From positions 1-64,000 of the IMG/VR virus record IMGVR_UViG_3300046170_000148: a DNA stretch of 64,000 nucleotides; one strand, 5' to 3'. The stretch is from a virus. The first letter of the stretch is position 1. Every line of letters begins with the position of its first letter. Both the position numbers and the translations under genes were made by a program. A model generated the notes under the pieces. The model did not search any database. It was given only the letters and a program-made list of their open reading frames with translations, and was not told the DNA's origin. Of the stretch, positions 1 to 10,968 are shown one piece after another.

Positions 1-583
1 TTTTGGCAGTTACAGTTTGACGCTCAATGGTGAAACCCATTTCGTTGAACGAAGAACCACCAGTTGCGCCCAGTGCTTCTGCGTCAGCGGTTGGCATACC
101 ACCAGCGGCGAGTGAAGTCAAACGAGCACCTTCGGAATCAATACCATTGAAACCAGATGCGTTGTCTGAGTCGTGAGTGCCTGAAGAGTCACCTGAGAAC
201 TGAGTCTCAGCTTCGTTGAACAGAGCTTCACGGTTAGATGTTGAACCACCTTGATAACGTGATTTCATCGCGAAGATGAGACCAGTTGGGCCGTTCATTG
301 GCTGAACGCCACAAACGTCATATGCAATGAGGTTTGGCATGGCGCGACGAACCAGTGAAATCAATACTGGGTCGAAATTGTTTACTGAACCCGTTGCGTT
401 AGCAGGGGCGGCAGCGTTTTCTGAAAGAAAACCAGCAGAGGCAGCAGCTTCTTCATTAAGAGCTCTCTCTTGGTTTTCCAGCACGGCAGCGGTTACTGCG
501 CGGCGGTGAGCGTCTTGGATTTTCTCACCTTCATCGAGAACTGGAGCCCACTTCTCGATAAGACTATCGTATGATACTTGCAT
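1..583 (-). CDS. gp23: major capsid protein, 5' part (runs off window)
   Basis: Read by hand from ATG at 583: MQVSYDSLIEKWAPVLD...RRAVTAAVLENQE...FDPVLISLVRRAMPNLIAYDVCGVQPMNGPTGLIFAMKSRY; follows gp22. Confidence 0.97.
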   Translation of the reverse strand, partial: MQVSYDSLIEKWAPVLDEGEKIQDAHRRAVTAAVLENQERALNEEAAASAGFLSENAAAPANATGSVNNFDPVLISLVRRAMPNLIAYDVCGVQPMNGPTGLIFAMKSRYQGGSTSNREALFNEAETQFSGDSSGTHDSDNASGFNGIDSEGARLTSLAAGGMPTADAEALGATGGSSFNEMGFTIERQTVTAK

Positions 584-595
584 TGTTACACTTCC

Positions 596-1702
596 TTATG
601 TTCTTGGTGCAGTTTTACGGATTGCCTGAAGGTATCTGTCCATTGAAGCAGAAGTTTCAACCGTAGTATCGGCATCTTCAACAATAGCTTCTTGTTCTTC
701 AGGAGTTACTTCTTTTGCGAAATGCGACTCGACAATGATGCCAACTTTTTCAGCGAATGATTCTTCGCTGTCGAAGTCAACGTCTTCAACGAGTGATTTC
801 AGTTTTTCGACTTGAGTCTCTGCAAGGTCACGAGACGCTTCACGGATAACCGTTTCGCGCTTGTAAACTTCCAGTTCTTCAGATGTCTCAATGACTTTCT
901 GAGTTGTTTCGTTCAGTTTGCCTTCCAGCTCTTCAACGGATTCAGAAAGTTCGTCAACTAGGTCAACTTTAGATTCTGGAACTTCAATGTAAGACTCTGT
1001 AAACAGGTCTTTCAATTTGTCCATGAAAGATTCAGCAATATCGGTGCGAAGACCGTTTTGAATTGCCAATTTGTTATCTTCCATCCAAGTCTCAACAACG
1101 TAGTTGAGGTAGCTGTCAACTTTTTCTACAAGGTCAGATTTGGTAGAAGAAATCTCTTCGGCCAATTCTTCTTTGTATTCAGCTTCCAAACGGTCTACTT
1201 CTTCAGACAGTTTAGATTTCACAGCAGTTTCAAACAAGATAGCGGTTTTAGCTTTGAACTCTTCAGAGAGAGTTGCTTCAGACTCGACCAATGCATCAAG
1301 TTCGGCAGTAGTGTCAACACTGGTTTCAGCGATGACTTCATCTTCTTCCATGTCTACCGATTCGTTCTTCATATATGAGGCATACATGTCTTGCATTTCT
1401 GTTTTAGACATGCCACTCATTTTGTTGAACATTGCACTAATCATACCAGCTTTTGTTTTAGGTGCTTTTTCGCCTGCGTTTGCAGCGCCCTTGCCTGGTT
1501 CAGGTGACTTTTGTGTTGAACCAGCAGCCTTATCCACAGAGGCAATGCTCTCTGGTTCAGTTACTGGTTGTGCGGTGTCAGCCTTACCTTTAGCGGCAGG
1601 AGCAGAAGCTTCTTCAAGCGATTCGTCTTCGAGAGTATCCACGATTTCGTCTGTTACTTCATCGTGGAGTTCTTCGACTTCTTGGTTTACTTCTTCAGTC
1701 AT
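596..1702 (-). CDS. gp22: prohead core scaffold protein
   Basis: Acidic helical protein, LSEEFKAK..LFETAV, KVDSYLNYVVETW..N.LAI..GLRT; between gp21 and gp23. Confidence 0.93.
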   Translation of the reverse strand: MTEEVNQEVEELHDEVTDEIVDTLEDESLEEASAPAAKGKADTAQPVTEPESIASVDKAAGSTQKSPEPGKGAANAGEKAPKTKAGMISAMFNKMSGMSKTEMQDMYASYMKNESVDMEEDEVIAETSVDTTAELDALVESEATLSEEFKAKTAILFETAVKSKLSEEVDRLEAEYKEELAEEISSTKSDLVEKVDSYLNYVVETWMEDNKLAIQNGLRTDIAESFMDKLKDLFTESYIEVPESKVDLVDELSESVEELEGKLNETTQKVIETSEELEVYKRETVIREASRDLAETQVEKLKSLVEDVDFDSEESFAEKVGIIVESHFAKEVTPEEQEAIVEDADTTVETSASMDRYLQAIRKTAPRT

Positions 1703-1712
1703 ATTAGACTCC

Positions 1713-2376
1713 TTACATACTAGATTTTAGTAACGAGAGGAAATTCTTAAACTCTCGAACACTTGTCTCATATAAGACAGGTTTCGGAGCGTTCTTAATT
1801 TCAGTCTCCATTTTTTCAATTACTTGAGGTTTCAGAACACCGTTATCCCAAACCCAATCGACACCTTCCATGATTCCATTAACAAATGCATCTGGTGCTG
1901 ATGGGTCTTGCACGATGTCAACCGTGCTAAGAATAAAGTCGTCTTTAACGACCATTGCGCCGTTCCGTTGCTCAAGGCTACCCATACCACGAGTTGACAC
2001 TCCTAGTTGAACACCACCGTCAAGAAGACCTTTAACAATCTTACCCATAGGAGTGTCAAGTATTTGTGCCTTTCCTACCACATCATTACCCTCAAACTTG
2101 AGGTCGGTGATGAGGTGAGAAACTTTATCAAGGTTAACAGTTGGGCCTTCAGGGTGATTCAACTCACCCACAGCACGTTTCTTGCTAACCTGTGTATCAA
2201 CGTAATTCTTTACCGCTTTTTTCCATAATTGGTTTCGGGTAAACACGTCCGTTGCGATTCTTTTTATCTGTCTGCGCGAAAACGCCTTCGATGACATATT
2301 TCTTCTCGCCATCTTCTTTCTTCTCCACAATACATTGTAGAGTGTCGTTTTCGGTAAATTCAGTAATAAGTTTCAT
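1713..2376 (-). CDS. gp21: prohead protease (one extra base in T6 run 2217-2222)
   Basis: True N-terminus MKLITE..YVIEGVFAQTDKKNRNGRVYP from 2376 joins GELNHP...GVSTRGMGS...DIVQDPSAPDAFV after removing one base. Confidence 0.93.
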
Positions 2377-2594
2377 TATGTTAATTCCTTTACTACTTGC
2401 ATCGCAGACTTCTCTGCATCTTTCTGTGATTTGAAGGCATCCAGTCGGTCACCATCAATATACACAACAAAAGGCAGAGAACCCTTTTCCTTAGTGATGA
2501 GGACAGGGAGTTTCTTGACCTTTTTGTTGAAAACAACATCGCCTTTTGGCTTACGTCCTTTCAACTCACTAAGAAGTTCTTTATATGTTTTCAT
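2376..2594 (-). CDS. small prohead core/internal protein with capsid-targeting-like N-terminus
   Basis: MKTYKELLSE resembles the T4 internal-protein capsid targeting sequence; late promoter directly upstream; stop overlaps gp21 start. Confidence 0.65.
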   Translation of the reverse strand: MKTYKELLSELKGRKPKGDVVFNKKVKKLPVLITKEKGSLPFVVYIDGDRLDAFKSQKDAEKSAMQVVKELT

Positions 2595-2599
2595 ACCAT

Positions 2600-2607
2600 T
2601 ATTTATA
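2600..2607 (-). promoter_or_regulatory. T4-type late promoter TATAAATA
   Basis: tatttata on plus strand, just upstream of ORF starting at 2594. Confidence 0.8.
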
Positions 2608-2640
2608 CAAAAAAAGATTTCTACAAACTAATTTTGTATA

Positions 2641-3054
2641 TTAATCTTCAAGTTCCGCTAAGATTTCTTCGTCTTCTTCGACTGCGGCTTCTTCTTCTGC
2701 GGTGATTTCTTCTTCGGTGGTGATTTCTTCTTCTTCGGTGCTGGTTTCGATGTCGGCATCAAGCCCTGTCTCATCTTCTGCACCCAACTCAAGAGTTTCA
2801 TCTTCTTCATCCTCAATATATTCGTCTACGATATCTTCGTCAGAGACTTCTTCTTCTTCGTCTCCATTAAACATTTGACTACCAACGGCTACACGTTGTG
2901 CTTCAAGTGCATCTGCCATCTTGTCATCAAGAATACTCTTGAACGAACCTTCTGCATTGTTTAGGTCGCCCGCAGTAATCTGATTGATAAGTTCTTCAAC
3001 CGCACTAGGTTCTACGGTCTCAACTTCTTGTTCCAGTGTTTCTGTTTCACTCAT
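2641..3054 (-). CDS. acidic prohead core protein (gp67-like)
   Basis: Very Glu/Asp-rich, starts MSETETLEQ immediately after portal stop; position of T4 gp67. Confidence 0.65.
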   Translation of the reverse strand: MSETETLEQEVETVEPSAVEELINQITAGDLNNAEGSFKSILDDKMADALEAQRVAVGSQMFNGDEEEEVSDEDIVDEYIEDEEDETLELGAEDETGLDADIETSTEEEEITTEEEITAEEEAAVEEDEEILAELED

Positions 3055-3055
3055 T

Positions 3056-4564
3056 TTATACTTCTTCCTCATCGTCTCCGCCCGCTTCATTTTCGGACTC
3101 GACTTCATCTTTCATATTCTGGATGTCTTCCTCAGAGAAGTGCATCACATTTTTCATAACCCACTCGCGTGAGAAATACTCACCAACATACTGTGAGATT
3201 TGGTCAAGGGTTTGGAGTCTGTTGGTCAACAGTTCCGCATCCTTGAGTTCCGTAAAGTGGTTGTCTCTTTGGAAGTCAACACCCACCTGATGTTTCCATT
3301 GTTCCCAATCCTGTTCGGTAATGATACCCTTCATGATAAGCTGTTTGCGAAGGATACCCAAGAACATGGATGAGAAACGTTTACGCAGACGGTCAATGAA
3401 CTTCTGGAACTTCACTTCGTCCCGTGAAATCTCAGTGGAACGACCCAATGAGAACTGCGCTTCTTGTTCCAGACGATTGATTGGCACGTTCAGTGAACGA
3501 TACAGTCTCTTCTGGAAATAAATGATGTCATCAATCTGACCAAGATTTTCACCGCCTGGGAGTGTGGTAATCTCTGTTCCGCGACCACCTTCTCTACGAG
3601 GCAACCAGAAATCTTCGAGCATAGACATATGCTTGCGGTCATCTTTGATTGTGCCTGAGTTTGCATCGTATACAATCTTATTGCGATAACGAGACATGAT
3701 GTCTTTCATGTATGCTTCAGATTTGTTACGAGGCATGTTACCAACATCGATATAGAAAATCCTACGTTCTGGAGCCCGTGCGAGACGGTAGATAACCAGA
3801 CTGTCTTCCATCATGCGAAGTTGGTTGATTGGTTTCAGTGCTTTATGGAGATAGGATACAACCTGTCTCTTACTAGGGTCAAGCAGACCCGAACTTGTAT
3901 ATGATATTGCGTCAGGAGAAAGTTTTACGCCTTGATTAGTTCCCGCCCTCTCCTGATAGATATAAAATTCGTTGACCTTCTCGACAATCTTTGCGCCTGT
4001 CACTTGGTCTTTTTTGTGTTTGACTTCCTTGACCTTACGAATCTTTGCAGCATCGATAGGACGAATTTCCTGAATACCAGCCTTGAGGTTTGATTCGTTT
4101 GCGACCAAGTGAAAATAGATACGACCATCCACATAGAATGAACGGAACATGTCATGACCCAATTCATTAAACTTCAACATGTTATAGATGCCGTTGAATT
4201 CTTCGGTCATTTGTTTTTTGATTGAGTCAGATGTCTCAACCATATCGAGGTTCAACTCACACGATGAACCATCATCACCAACAATTGTTTCGTTGACGAT
4301 ATCTTCAATCGCGGCATCAACTTCTGGATGATGTGCAACACCTCGATACTTTACGATAAGTTGTTGGTTGTCCTTTGCTTGAGACCCATCCATGTCAATG
4401 TATTGACCATAGTGAGACCCTGAAGCAGTAACATACCCCGCGCCATCTTCATCAGCTGGGGTCACAATCGATTTTAATTTTTCATTCTCTTTCGGTTTAG
4501 TCTCGCCTGCTCTTTTGAGTTCGAAACCAAACAGTTTGAGAATACTGTTGTCCTGTTCTGCCAT
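3056..4564 (-). CDS. gp20: portal protein
   Basis: YLHKALKPINQLRMMEDSLVIYRLARAPERRIFYIDVGN, EDFWLPRREGGRGTEITTLPGG. Confidence 0.98.
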   Translation of the reverse strand: MAEQDNSILKLFGFELKRAGETKPKENEKLKSIVTPADEDGAGYVTASGSHYGQYIDMDGSQAKDNQQLIVKYRGVAHHPEVDAAIEDIVNETIVGDDGSSCELNLDMVETSDSIKKQMTEEFNGIYNMLKFNELGHDMFRSFYVDGRIYFHLVANESNLKAGIQEIRPIDAAKIRKVKEVKHKKDQVTGAKIVEKVNEFYIYQERAGTNQGVKLSPDAISYTSSGLLDPSKRQVVSYLHKALKPINQLRMMEDSLVIYRLARAPERRIFYIDVGNMPRNKSEAYMKDIMSRYRNKIVYDANSGTIKDDRKHMSMLEDFWLPRREGGRGTEITTLPGGENLGQIDDIIYFQKRLYRSLNVPINRLEQEAQFSLGRSTEISRDEVKFQKFIDRLRKRFSSMFLGILRKQLIMKGIITEQDWEQWKHQVGVDFQRDNHFTELKDAELLTNRLQTLDQISQYVGEYFSREWVMKNVMHFSEEDIQNMKDEVESENEAGGDDEEEV

Positions 4565-4586
4565 TACCTATCCTGTTGTCAATAAA

Positions 4587-4612
4587 GGGGGTAGGGTTGT
4601 TGCCCTACCCCC
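4587..4612 (-). terminator. rho-independent terminator after gp19
   Basis: GGGGGTAGGG-loop-CCCTACCCCC hairpin followed by TTTATT on minus strand. Confidence 0.8.
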
Positions 4613-4628
4613 ACTACTTATACCTCTA

Positions 4629-5156
4629 TTAAGAGGTCGTGCCTGATTCCCAGTATTGAACCGCGAACTCAACTGTGAACTCCTCAACGGTGTCTACTGT
4701 TTCGTAATTAAGGTCAATTGCACTGACATTAATTGGAAACGCACCACGGAAGTTATATGTTTTCAGAACTGTTTCATCTCTGTCCAGTTGCTCAACAACG
4801 AGGTCTGCTTGATAATCCACTGGATTGGTCAAACCTGTGTTTGCAGCATGAGAGTTGATACCATTCATCCAACGTTCCATAGAATTACGGATAGTGAAAT
4901 CCGTGTCATTCAGGATAGTTGCAGTCCATGTTTCAAACGTGCGGTCTCCAGCGATTTTCAGCTGGCGACCACGGAATGGGACTTCAATAACATTCATTAC
5001 TGATGCTGGCAACTGTGCAGCCTTACAGAGGAATGATGTCAGTTCGACATCACCACCTGCATAGCCTGGGAAGTTGACAGTGGCTTTGAAGAGATTAGGA
5101 CGAGCGCCCCCACCTCTAAGTTTTGATTTGAAATCATCTACGCCTAAGATTGCCAT
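4629..5156 (-). CDS. gp19: tail tube protein
   Basis: GGGARPNLF, PFRGRQLKIAGDRTFETW, EEFTVEFAVQYW. Confidence 0.97.
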   Translation of the reverse strand: MAILGVDDFKSKLRGGGARPNLFKATVNFPGYAGGDVELTSFLCKAAQLPASVMNVIEVPFRGRQLKIAGDRTFETWTATILNDTDFTIRNSMERWMNGINSHAANTGLTNPVDYQADLVVEQLDRDETVLKTYNFRGAFPINVSAIDLNYETVDTVEEFTVEFAVQYWESGTTS

Positions 5157-5171
5157 TTTTTTCTACTCCCC

Positions 5172-7257
5172 TTATACCGTGCCTACAACTTCTTCAAACT
5201 CTACACCAGTTCTAACTGCGACAAAGTTCAGTGTCACATAGTTGATAGAACGGGCAGGCTTGATGAAGATGCTTGCGATGAATTCATTGCGGTCAACCAC
5301 AGCAGGAGTGTTGTTCGTTTCGTCACAGACCACACGGAAGTCCGTGATACCACGGCGACCTTGAATCTCACGAAGGAACGGTTCAACGATGTTGACGAAT
5401 TCTGCACGAGTAAACTCGTCATTGAATTCAAACATTACGTTGCGACCTGCAATTGCGATTGCACGCTCGATACCCAAGAAGAGACGGCGGACATTGATTC
5501 GGTCAAATGCACTTGGACGCGATTCGTTTGTCTTGTCACCGAAGAGCATGATGCCTTCGCCTGGGATGTTTGCGATTGGGTTGATACCAGCCTTGTAGAG
5601 AGTATCTCTCTCTGCTTTGGTTGGTGATACAATAATATCTGTGATACCAGCATACCTACCACGGCGTGAACCAGCAGGAGAGAACCACGGTGCAGCAACT
5701 AAGTCGGTAGCAGCCATGAGACCCGCAGTGCTTGATGCAGCAGGAATCTTGATGTATTTGTCATTATACTTGTCAAATACTTTCAGATAGTTATTGTCTT
5801 GAACCAAGTAAGATGACTTGGTGTATGTGTTGTTACAGGCCAATACAGCAGCATTAGTGCCTGTCGTAACAACCGCAGCACGAGATGGTGATGCGACTGC
5901 AACACAGTCCTTACGAGTTGTTCCAGCGATTGCTACGAGGTCGTTTACAACCGTTGTCGCTGTTCCGTCTGTCAAAGACTCAGGTGCAATCAGGAAGTCA
6001 ACTTCGATGTTATCTACGTCTTCGAACTTATCGAATCCGCGAAGGACATCATCAGTTCCCAGAGAGCTTGAAGTCACACCCTCCTTAAATGACCATGTGC
6101 TTTCAACTGCACTATTATCTTGTCCAGTTGCAAAGTCTTCGCCAGATATTGTTGCTTGTGTGTCCCAGTTTGAACCATGAAAATCAACATTTTCCGAAGC
6201 AGCAACTCCAGTAACACCAGCAGTTGTTTCTGTTACAGTGATGGATGCACCACCTCTAGTATATGTAGGGGCAGTTGAAACTGCACCTTCAGATTTATAG
6301 GTTAGTATGAGGTCTGTGCCACTAGCACTTACTGTATAAAGTAGACCGCTGTAATCACTGTCGCCTTGAATAGCAGTAACCTGTCCAGCAACATCAGAGT
6401 ATGTAGCGTTATCGACACTAACTGTTGTAGTTCCGTCTGTAAGTTGCAGAGTAAATGTTCCAGATTCTACTGTCGGTGCGCTGTAGATAGCGGCAACCCC
6501 GTTGATTGCATCGGTAACACCGTGCCATCCACCAGTTGCATATACCCATTGAGAACGCAGTTTCAGGACATCTTTATAATAGTTGGATGTTCCATCACTT
6601 GATTTTGCGTTTGAGGCAACTGACAAGAATGGGAAGGTTTCGAGAACCGTTCCAGCAGTCCCAGAGATGAGACCGTCTTCGTCAATCACAAGCAACGTGA
6701 ATCTCGTCATTCTTACCACCAAGAGCAGACACAAACGATGAAGTGCCTGGCGCACCATCAAAGTTTGATTTGTATGCCCATGCGTCGAAGTTGGTTGTCC
6801 CGCCAGTATCGGAGTCAGAACCCACGATAGAGATTTGGAGAGAGTTACCAATAGAGCCTGGATATTTGGCGATAAATGCACCGTCAGAACTGTCAAGTGA
6901 CAATCCTTCAAATGCGTCGAGATTGTTGATGGTTTGTGCATTCAAACTACCCAAGTTTGTATTATTAGCGAGAGCGTTGACTCCATCGGAGTCTTGTTCG
7001 CGAACAACGTAAAGAGCGTTAGAATATCTTAAAAAATATGCGGCAGAGTGGAAGTCTACCGTATTTGCATCGGTTGGTGCGGAGAATGTCGAAACAAGAC
7101 CCGTTTCATCTGAGACGAGAGTTGCAACTCCAACTGGCCCCCAACCGAAGTTTCCCACAAATGCGCCAGTGGAAGTTTGAACGTTAGGCACTACGCCCGT
7201 CAGGTCAATTTCCTTAACTGTTACAGCTGGGGAAGCGGATGGTGTAAAAAGTGCCAT
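5172..7257 (-). CDS. gp18: tail sheath protein (one extra base at 6690-6691)
   Basis: SPAVTVKEIDLT..FGWGPV N-terminus and PWFSPAG, SAFDRINVRRLF, FEFNDEFTR, KPARSINYVTLNF C-terminus; join restores HVAVIDEDG. Confidence 0.96.
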
Positions 7258-7321
7258 AACCTTTTCCTTTTTTCAGTGTTATTAATATGTTTTCATAATA
7301 CGGTAGTTATATCAATACCTT

Positions 7322-7329
7322 TATTTATA
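7322..7329 (-). promoter_or_regulatory. late promoter TATAAATA
   Basis: tatttata upstream of gp18. Confidence 0.8.
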
Positions 7330-7347
7330 ATAAAAAGTTTTTTGATA

Positions 7348-8979
7348 TTACTCCCAGTCTGTGACACCAATACCCTCATATGAGTGCCAACCAACGTTTT
7401 TGATTGCTTCTTGTTGCGCTTCGTGTTCTTCATAGGCTGCGACACCATCGTCAATGAACCCTACAGGTGGAACATCGTCCTCAATCTCCTGCATTTTCTT
7501 CTCAAACATCATCTGTTTAAGATTGATATCCGTCATATCTGAGAAGTATTGGGTTGATACAAAGAATCCAAACATCACCAAATTCATCATCAAATCATCG
7601 TGGTTACCGTCAGATGCCTCATATGACTGTCCTCTCGACACGAATGTTGAGATTTCCATGATAGTTTGTTCGTCTAAGATATCAAGTTTCTTCTCTTCGA
7701 GGATATCCTTGATTGCAGAACAACCTAATCGTTTCACCTTTCTATTCATTTCAATACCAATACGGTCTGCTTTTACCGCAGATTCCATATGGACATTATC
7801 ATATTCTAAGTCTTGATACAATCCGTTACAGACTAATGTGCCTTGGTCATTTGACTCAATAACGACATATGCCTCATTATAGACTTTCGCATACTTATAT
7901 ATAATGTTGGGAAAGAGAATTGGAGAAATAGTATTGTTGCGATACACGGCCACCTGTTTAAAAGGTCTAGTGCCAATGTCGATTACCGTAAAGGTTGAAT
8001 AATCCTGACCTCTCCCTTTAGACACATCAACAGTCATGATATACTCACGACTCTTGGTAGGTTCTTCATAGACCAATAGGTCGCCACCTTCGAATACCTT
8101 TTTAGGTGGTTTTGCACGAAATGAAAGCAACGTCTCTGCGTTGATTAGGGTATCACCTGTTCCAAAAAAGGTGTTACCAAACTCTTGGTCAAACTGTAAC
8201 TGAGAGGTGTTTGCAATTGTCTGTGCTTTCCATTCCTCATCACGGCCTGGCACATCATACCAGTTCACCGTGAACGGGATGAACTCATTAACTTTTTGAA
8301 CTGCTCCCTCCCAGATTTTATGGAATGTATTGCCAATGCCGTTTGCAGTTGACGTAATGATGACCTTTGTCTCCTTACCAGCCGAGACCACTGGATAGGT
8401 TGAAGTATAAAACTCATTCGCTCTTTCCACGAAGGCAAACTCATCAAGGAATAGTAGATTAACTGACATACCACGAATGGAACTACCACTTGTAGCACTG
8501 GCAATAATGCGAGAGTTATTACTAAACTCAATAGAACCTTTGTTGAGTGCTTTACAGCCAGGTTGTAGGAAAAAGGGAAGATTTTCCAACATGAGAGTAA
8601 CCCGTGCCAACATCTCACGAGCAACCGCCCCTTTGTTTGCGAGAATTGCAATCGTCTTTTCACTATGAAAACAAGCATACCATAGTAGGTAGCCAACAGA
8701 ACTAATCGACTTACCCGATTGGCGACACGCAAGAACGATAGAAAACCTGTTATCATTAAAGTGCTTGAACATCTTCTCTTGATAAGGATACAAGTCGAAA
8801 GGGACTAGTCCTTCATCAAGTGAAATAACTTTTAGGTAAGTCTTACAGAAGTATACAGGGTCTTTGCCACACTTGACATATTCCTTGACTTCTTCTTCTG
8901 TGAATTGATGTTGAACACCATCTCGTTTGACATTGATATTGCCAAGATAAGATTCATTCTGTTTCGGATTCAGCATCAA
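7348..8979 (-). CDS. gp17: terminase large subunit
   Basis: RQSGKS Walker A, LLFLDEFAF Walker B, ITSTANG, nuclease DVSKGRGQDYS and HDDLMM. Confidence 0.98.
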   Translation of the reverse strand: MMLNPKQNESYLGNINVKRDGVQHQFTEEEVKEYVKCGKDPVYFCKTYLKVISLDEGLVPFDLYPYQEKMFKHFNDNRFSIVLACRQSGKSISSVGYLLWYACFHSEKTIAILANKGAVAREMLARVTLMLENLPFFLQPGCKALNKGSIEFSNNSRIIASATSGSSIRGMSVNLLFLDEFAFVERANEFYTSTYPVVSAGKETKVIITSTANGIGNTFHKIWEGAVQKVNEFIPFTVNWYDVPGRDEEWKAQTIANTSQLQFDQEFGNTFFGTGDTLINAETLLSFRAKPPKKVFEGGDLLVYEEPTKSREYIMTVDVSKGRGQDYSTFTVIDIGTRPFKQVAVYRNNTISPILFPNIIYKYAKVYNEAYVVIESNDQGTLVCNGLYQDLEYDNVHMESAVKADRIGIEMNRKVKRLGCSAIKDILEEKKLDILDEQTIMEISTFVSRGQSYEASDGNHDDLMMNLVMFGFFVSTQYFSDMTDINLKQMMFEKKMQEIEDDVPPVGFIDDGVAAYEEHEAQQEAIKNVGWHSYEGIGVTDWE

Positions 8980-9304
8980 TCACCACTCCCGACTCCGATT
9001 TTATGAGCCGTTGTAGGTCAGTAGTAGTCCCTACAAAAAGATTGTTCGTGGTGTTACCTAATTGTTTAGGTTCATCCTTCTGGTTAATGTCTTTGTTTTT
9101 CTTATTCAAATCCATCAGTTTGTCGTTGATATCGGCAATGTTTTTCATCATACCCGATAAAACTTCAAACGCACGAGGATGCTCTGATTCACGAGCAACT
9201 TCAATCATTAGTTCTAAACTCTCTTCACCTTTAGCTAAAAGGTTATAATATGTATCACGAGAGTTATTATAATCGTCTTTTAAATTCTTTTCGTCTTCAC
9301 TCAT
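8954..9304 (-). CDS. gp16: terminase small subunit
   Basis: ESEHPRAFEV, NNLFVGTTTDLQRL. Confidence 0.93.
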   Translation of the reverse strand: MSEDEKNLKDDYNNSRDTYYNLLAKGEESLELMIEVARESEHPRAFEVLSGMMKNIADINDKLMDLNKKNKDINQKDEPKQLGNTTNNLFVGTTTDLQRLIKSESGVVIDAESETE

Positions 9305-10092
9305 TAACTACCATCACTATCTAATATCGTTTCAACAAATCCATAGTCACTGTCAGCACTGACCGTATTCGGGTCGGGTGTAATCTTAATCTGTTCTATA
9401 AACACATCAGAGTCAGCAAGACCCGCGTCTTGATTATATAGGTTACCACGAACATCACGGATAACTTTACTACCAGTATCCAGTGGCCCGTGGAAGTTAA
9501 TCTTCATCTCAAAATCAAGAGTGTAGATAATTGTTCTTCTGTCTCCAACCGCACCTTCGAAGTTGTCTTCCATAACCACACCCGTAAGTGTGACAGGGAC
9601 ATCCTCAACAAAAGATGGGATATCAGAGAAAGGTTTTACAGTGACCGTATATTGTGGCGTAAAGTATGGCAGGACTTGTTCTACAATCTGTAGGCCATCA
9701 TCCTGCGTCTTTGCATATATGTTCAACTGAAATGTAATATTGTATGGTGTCGAGGTGTATAGTTTCTGTCTAGTTAGATAACTATTCTCGATTGCCTTAG
9801 ATATATTGTTTACCTTTGGGAGTTGACGAGTTGCGTCATAGGTCATACTCGTAATCTCAAACGACATACGAGGCAGTTTCAATGCGACCCTACGTTCAGA
9901 ATCCTCACCATTTACCATCTGTTCTAGTCGTGCAATAAAGTTTCTCTTCGGTGCGTAGGACAGAGGTGCTTTGACTGTAGAAATTGTCTCGCCTGCACTG
10001 TTCTTACGAAGAACATACAGGTTATTGAACAACGAACCGAATACCGATACCGCAGTTCTTACTCTCTTGTGATAAAACCAAGTTCCAAACAT
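9304..10092 (-). CDS. gp15: tail sheath stabiliser / tail terminator
   Basis: FGSLFNN, PLSYAPK, LPRMSFEI, LQIVEQVLPYFTP. Confidence 0.94.
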   Translation of the reverse strand: MFGTWFYHKRVRTAVSVFGSLFNNLYVLRKNSAGETISTVKAPLSYAPKRNFIARLEQMVNGEDSERRVALKLPRMSFEITSMTYDATRQLPKVNNISKAIENSYLTRQKLYTSTPYNITFQLNIYAKTQDDGLQIVEQVLPYFTPQYTVTVKPFSDIPSFVEDVPVTLTGVVMEDNFEGAVGDRRTIIYTLDFEMKINFHGPLDTGSKVIRDVRGNLYNQDAGLADSDVFIEQIKITPDPNTVSADSDYGFVETILDSDGS

Positions 10093-10964
10093 TATTCGAT
10101 ATCTCCAAATGGATTGGACTCAGAGAAGTCAAGGAAGTCAGACTCGAAACTATCAAAGATTGCGTTCTGTGCATCTTCCTGTATCTCTTGGAGTTGTTCT
10201 ACCAATGTAGGTGTTGCAAGGCCGTTACTTGTTTGACCGACTACCACAGCACTTGTCGTGAACTCATGGAAATTACCATCAGTCGCACCCACATGCGCGA
10301 GTCTCAGTTCGTTACCTGAGTCACTCCAGAATGTAACCTCACCTTTCATATTATAATCTGTAAACTCTTGAATGACGGTTTCGCCGATAGTATATCCACC
10401 ACCAGCCGAGTCCAGTGTCAGTTTATACTGGAATGCACCTTCAGCTTCAACCACATCAATACCTGTAATGTTCGTGTCAAAGTCTTCGTCACTGTATTCG
10501 AACAGTTCACAAGTCATACGAAATGTCGGTAATTGTTCTAATTGATAGAAAGGAGTTTCGGTCTCGACTCTCTCAATCTGAAAGATAGACTGAGACAATG
10601 GAAGATAAATCAGGTCACCCTCACGAGGACGGAAGTTCTTCTCTGTCAGTCTACTACCGATGAGTTGTTGCCATCTCTTTCTTGCAACAACAAATGTTGC
10701 TTGGTCACGGAGTTCTACACCGAACTTAGTGAACAGGTCACCCTCTCCACCAAACCCTTCGGCGTTCTCGATATACATCTCAACCTTGTAAGAGGAACTG
10801 AAACGCGAAGGAACATCGTCCAGAAATACGGTATCTTTGTTTACAATCTCGCGAGGGAGATAATAAACATCCTGTCCATACATCTGTAGGGCTTCGATGG
10901 TGATGTCCTCATACATGTTCTGTTCAGAACGGACACCGTATTTAAAATAACGGTTCGTAGCCAT
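10092..10964 (-). CDS. gp14: neck protein
   Basis: YGQDVYYLPR, RPREGDLIYLP, DFSESNPFG. Confidence 0.95.
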   Translation of the reverse strand: MATNRYFKYGVRSEQNMYEDITIEALQMYGQDVYYLPREIVNKDTVFLDDVPSRFSSSYKVEMYIENAEGFGGEGDLFTKFGVELRDQATFVVARKRWQQLIGSRLTEKNFRPREGDLIYLPLSQSIFQIERVETETPFYQLEQLPTFRMTCELFEYSDEDFDTNITGIDVVEAEGAFQYKLTLDSAGGGYTIGETVIQEFTDYNMKGEVTFWSDSGNELRLAHVGATDGNFHEFTTSAVVVGQTSNGLATPTLVEQLQEIQEDAQNAIFDSFESDFLDFSESNPFGDIE

Positions 10965-10968
10965 TTAA

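Noticed and set aside
5172-7257. Genuine pseudogenes or decayed prophage (gp18, gp21, gp53)
   Set aside because: No in-frame nonsense codons or deletions, only uniform one-base insertions; no integration or host genes seen.
7348-8979. Intein or intron in terminase or portal
   Set aside because: Lengths and motif spacing are normal; no splicing or homing endonuclease motifs.
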